From Epithemia pelagica (lineage: Eukaryota > Protista > Bacillariophyta), in NCBI GenBank assembly GCA_946965045.2, contig OX337238.1, forward strand, positions 434,001 through 498,000: a stretch of 64,000 nt of DNA, written 5' to 3'. Of the stretch, positions 61,512 through 64,000 are shown in pieces. Under the pieces are notes generated by a model. The model saw nothing but the letters and a program-made list of their open reading frames with translations, was not told where the DNA came from and did not search any database. The number at the start of each line of letters is the position of its first letter. The stretch's first letter is position 1. The position numbers and the translations under genes are program-made.

Positions 61512-64000
61512 ATGATTTGGAAAGCTTCTAGCTATTGGGTGGTGCTTTTTCAATGGATATGCATCATCGTCGGAACTGACGTCGTCGCTGTGTTGGGTGA
61601 TGAGAAGGAGGAGTTTGATTCCTCGTCACCGTCCTTACAAGATGTCCTGGCTTGGATTCGAGAGAAACGAGGGGCCATGATCAATACCAAGATTGATGTG
61701 GAATCGTCAGGTTTGGACAATGGTCGAGACTATCTGGTCGCCATTGAAGATATCGAACCCGAGGAAACACTCCTGACTATTCCGGGCAGTGCAGCAATCA
61801 CTGCTGATTTGGACTCTCAATCCGAGGGAGATTACTGTGAAACTGTCTTGTTACTGGAGAATGAGTATAAAGAAGGAGAAGAGTCTGATTTCTTCCCCTA
61901 CACATCCTTCTTGATGGACAATGTCGCCCGCCACCTCGGCCAAGGAGGAGATGTTCCTGACTCATCCATGGCGTTGAGTCCGAGGCATTGGTCTCCTCGT
62001 GGAAAAGAGTGGATCCAGAAACTTGTCGGTCGTGAATTGGTCCCTCAAAACTTTGGACTCGACGGTACTTTCATGGATGAATGCGTCCTAGATGACGAGC
62101 AAAAGGAATATTATGAGGGACTCACAGAGAGGGAGAGAGAGGAAGTGCAAGCCGCCTTGACAATGGTATACACACGATCGTGGAGTGGTACCTTGGTCCC
62201 TCTCATTGATTCCATTCCATTCAATCGAACTTTGGCCAACGTCAAGCGTTCGGCTTCTTCCAAAAACCCCTTGTCCAAACGGAGGAGCGGTGCAAAACCA
62301 TTGGTTGATTTTAAAGTGGAAGCAACTCGTGCGATTCGGCGAGGAGAACGGTTGTATCTTGCTGCACGGACAACGTCCGATACTTTTAAACTCCATGGAT
62401 GGGTGGAACCCTATCCCCAACGGTGGGCGTTTGATACGGGCTACCGGGCCCGTGAACCTCCTACTCTAACCATGGACAGCGACATGAACGAAGCCGTATT
62501 CGACGATGATTCCACACTTCTTTCCTTTGACCTTTTACAGGAAGGGGATGGACGCTTTGGTGTGGATTGGCGATCGGGTGATCTCAAGCAACCCAGCTTT
62601 CGACATGTGAGCTGGCTCATCTCACACCGCAAACGACTGCACAAAATCAATGTGACAGAGGAGACCGCTGCTTTGGGCGACGATCCAAAAGAGCAACAAC
62701 TCGCTGCTCGCTACTACAATGCCTTGCGCACAGCATTGGATCAAGCCGTTATTGCGGCACATGCGGGCTACACAGGAACCAAATTAGAGGACGAAACGTG
62801 TGAAGCCTCCTCTTCTTCCATTGATAACCAAGAATGCGACAATTTATCTCAACGATACGACACTCTCGAATATCGAGTCGAACGTCTCGACTACAATCGT
62901 GTGTGGATTTCAGATGTTTGCGGAGTCGAATCGTTTGATACCCCCAACAAGGAATCGGTCAACACGGTGTATCAACGAATGCAATGGAGCCATTTCGACA
63001 GCCATTTTCGGGAAGACAGTCGGGAGACATGCTTGCATTTGGATAACACCCTGCATTCCTGTTCTGCCTTCCGTCCTCATGTACACGAAACCATCATTCA
63101 TTATCCGGCAGGCTATCTGGCCGAGGTCAAACGAGTTTTATATGTTGGTGGTGGAGATTTGATCATTCTACACGAGATTCTCAAATATCCTTCTCTAGAG
63201 ATGGTCATTGGTAAGTTTCTATTGCTCTTCGTGATAATGACGATTCATTGTGTTCTCTTGCTTCTCTTCGCTGACGTCACCTCACGTTCTATCACAGGCT
63301 TGGAACTTGATCAAGCCGTGGTTCGTAGCTCGTATAGGCATTACGGTGTCCAGCCCCACTTTGACAATGAGAAAGTGCATTGGTGGTTTGGGGATGCATC
63401 TAAAAGCTTGGCAATGTTGCCTCCAGAGGAATACCATGGAACATTTGATTTGGTTGTGATCGACCTCTTGGCATATATTTTCGATGCATTGCAAGTGGGC
63501 GATGAATCCCTGGTGGACTACATGATGAGGTTTGTAAAGCCGGATGGTATTTTAGTTCGCCAGGAAGACTTTCTGGAACGACATGTCGTAGACTTCGCCA
63601 GACATGTTGTAGAGTTTGAAGTCCACGATATGCCCTACAGCTGTGTACAGTCGTTCACAATGGGAAGCAATGGAATTGACTTCTCCAAGAAGGTGCCCAT
63701 TGATCACGAAATCGAAACGATCTACTATGGTCCAATGCTGAAGAACAATACATCAATATGGTCACATATTCATTCAAACCCACCTGCTACTGTCAGCACT
63801 TGTAAGAGAAGCGCCATATCCAATGTCTCTGCCGGGTCTCAGGAACAATCAGCTTCTAGTCCTCGATATGGTGTCCTTGTTGTGATTGAAGCCGAAGATG
63901 TTTCCATATCACTGGAGGATCAGAACGTCCTGGTGACCAAAATCAAGAATAGCTTGGAGCAGATTGGTTTCAGGATCATCCACGTGATCCAGCATCTATC
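61512..64000 (+). CDS. Signal peptide + SET-like + aminopropyltransferase (spermidine synthase-like) + start of AdoMetDC-like fusion protein (3' truncated by the window)
   Basis: Not in the track because there is no stop before the window edge. My translation from ATG 61512: MIWKASSYWVVLFQWICIIVG (signal); VLAWIREKRGAMINTKI...LVAIEDIEPEETLLTIP, VYTRSW...LVPLID, EATRAIRRGERLY (SET-like); TCLHLDN...HETIIHYPA...KRVLYVGGGD..ILHEILKYPSLEMVIG|LELDQAVV...WFGDA...FDLVVIDL (APT); YGVLVVIEAE (AdoMetDC-like). Intron 63211-63297. Confidence 0.85.
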   Translation, partial: MIWKASSYWVVLFQWICIIVGTDVVAVLGDEKEEFDSSSPSLQDVLAWIREKRGAMINTKIDVESSGLDNGRDYLVAIEDIEPEETLLTIPGSAAITADLDSQSEGDYCETVLLLENEYKEGEESDFFPYTSFLMDNVARHLGQGGDVPDSSMALSPRHWSPRGKEWIQKLVGRELVPQNFGLDGTFMDECVLDDEQKEYYEGLTEREREEVQAALTMVYTRSWSGTLVPLIDSIPFNRTLANVKRSASSKNPLSKRRSGAKPLVDFKVEATRAIRRGERLYLAARTTSDTFKLHGWVEPYPQRWAFDTGYRAREPPTLTMDSDMNEAVFDDDSTLLSFDLLQEGDGRFGVDWRSGDLKQPSFRHVSWLISHRKRLHKINVTEETAALGDDPKEQQLAARYYNALRTALDQAVIAAHAGYTGTKLEDETCEASSSSIDNQECDNLSQRYDTLEYRVERLDYNRVWISDVCGVESFDTPNKESVNTVYQRMQWSHFDSHFREDSRETCLHLDNTLHSCSAFRPHVHETIIHYPAGYLAEVKRVLYVGGGDLIILHEILKYPSLEMVIGKFLLLFVIMTIHCVLLLLFADVTSRSITGLELDQAVVRSSYRHYGVQPHFDNEKVHWWFGDASKSLAMLPPEEYHGTFDLVVIDLLAYIFDALQVGDESLVDYMMRFVKPDGILVRQEDFLERHVVDFARHVVEFEVHDMPYSCVQSFTMGSNGIDFSKKVPIDHEIETIYYGPMLKNNTSIWSHIHSNPPATVSTCKRSAISNVSAGSQEQSASSPRYGVLVVIEAEDVSISLEDQNVLVTKIKNSLEQIGFRIIHVIQHL

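Overview
Eukaryotic nuclear DNA, most likely from a diatom: gene-dense, short GT-AG introns, several signal-peptide + 'GF' plastid presequences, a diatom-type HSF and CoDi-like Ty1/copia elements. The species cannot be determined. About 20 host genes are recognisable: choline/ethanolamine kinase, DDI1-like protease, DUF1995, PPR, OTUB1, YchJ-like, CpcT/CRL-like, TRAPPC6, MZM1/LYRM7, TRF-like Myb, HSF, DnaJ, FEN1, RPB8, guanine deaminase and a RING E3. There are also five transposon insertions: two intact Ty1/copia elements (26754-32987, 55297-61362), a two-ORF PIF/Harbinger element (50784-53645) and two copies of one MITE. The strongest novel signal is in copia element 2. It has no tRNA primer-binding site; instead, the 14 nt directly after its 5' LTR are perfectly complementary to a segment inside the LTR that begins at an initiator-like motif. 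That is the geometry of Tf1-type self-primed reverse transcription, which I know only from Ty3/gypsy elements. The same element has an extra upstream ORF coupled to gag by an AUGA overlap. Copia element 1 has an in-frame UGA-CUA gag/pol junction and 113-bp CA...TG LTRs. Other highlights are a UBA-fused herpes-tegument-like (VTD-type) deubiquitinase candidate, an RXL-type membrane protein rebuilt across an intron, a Harbinger ORF2 with an alpha-crystallin-like C-terminus, and a SET-aminopropyltransferase-AdoMetDC fusion gene (61512->64000) that is missing from the ORF track. All family calls are by eye from motifs; no database searches were run.
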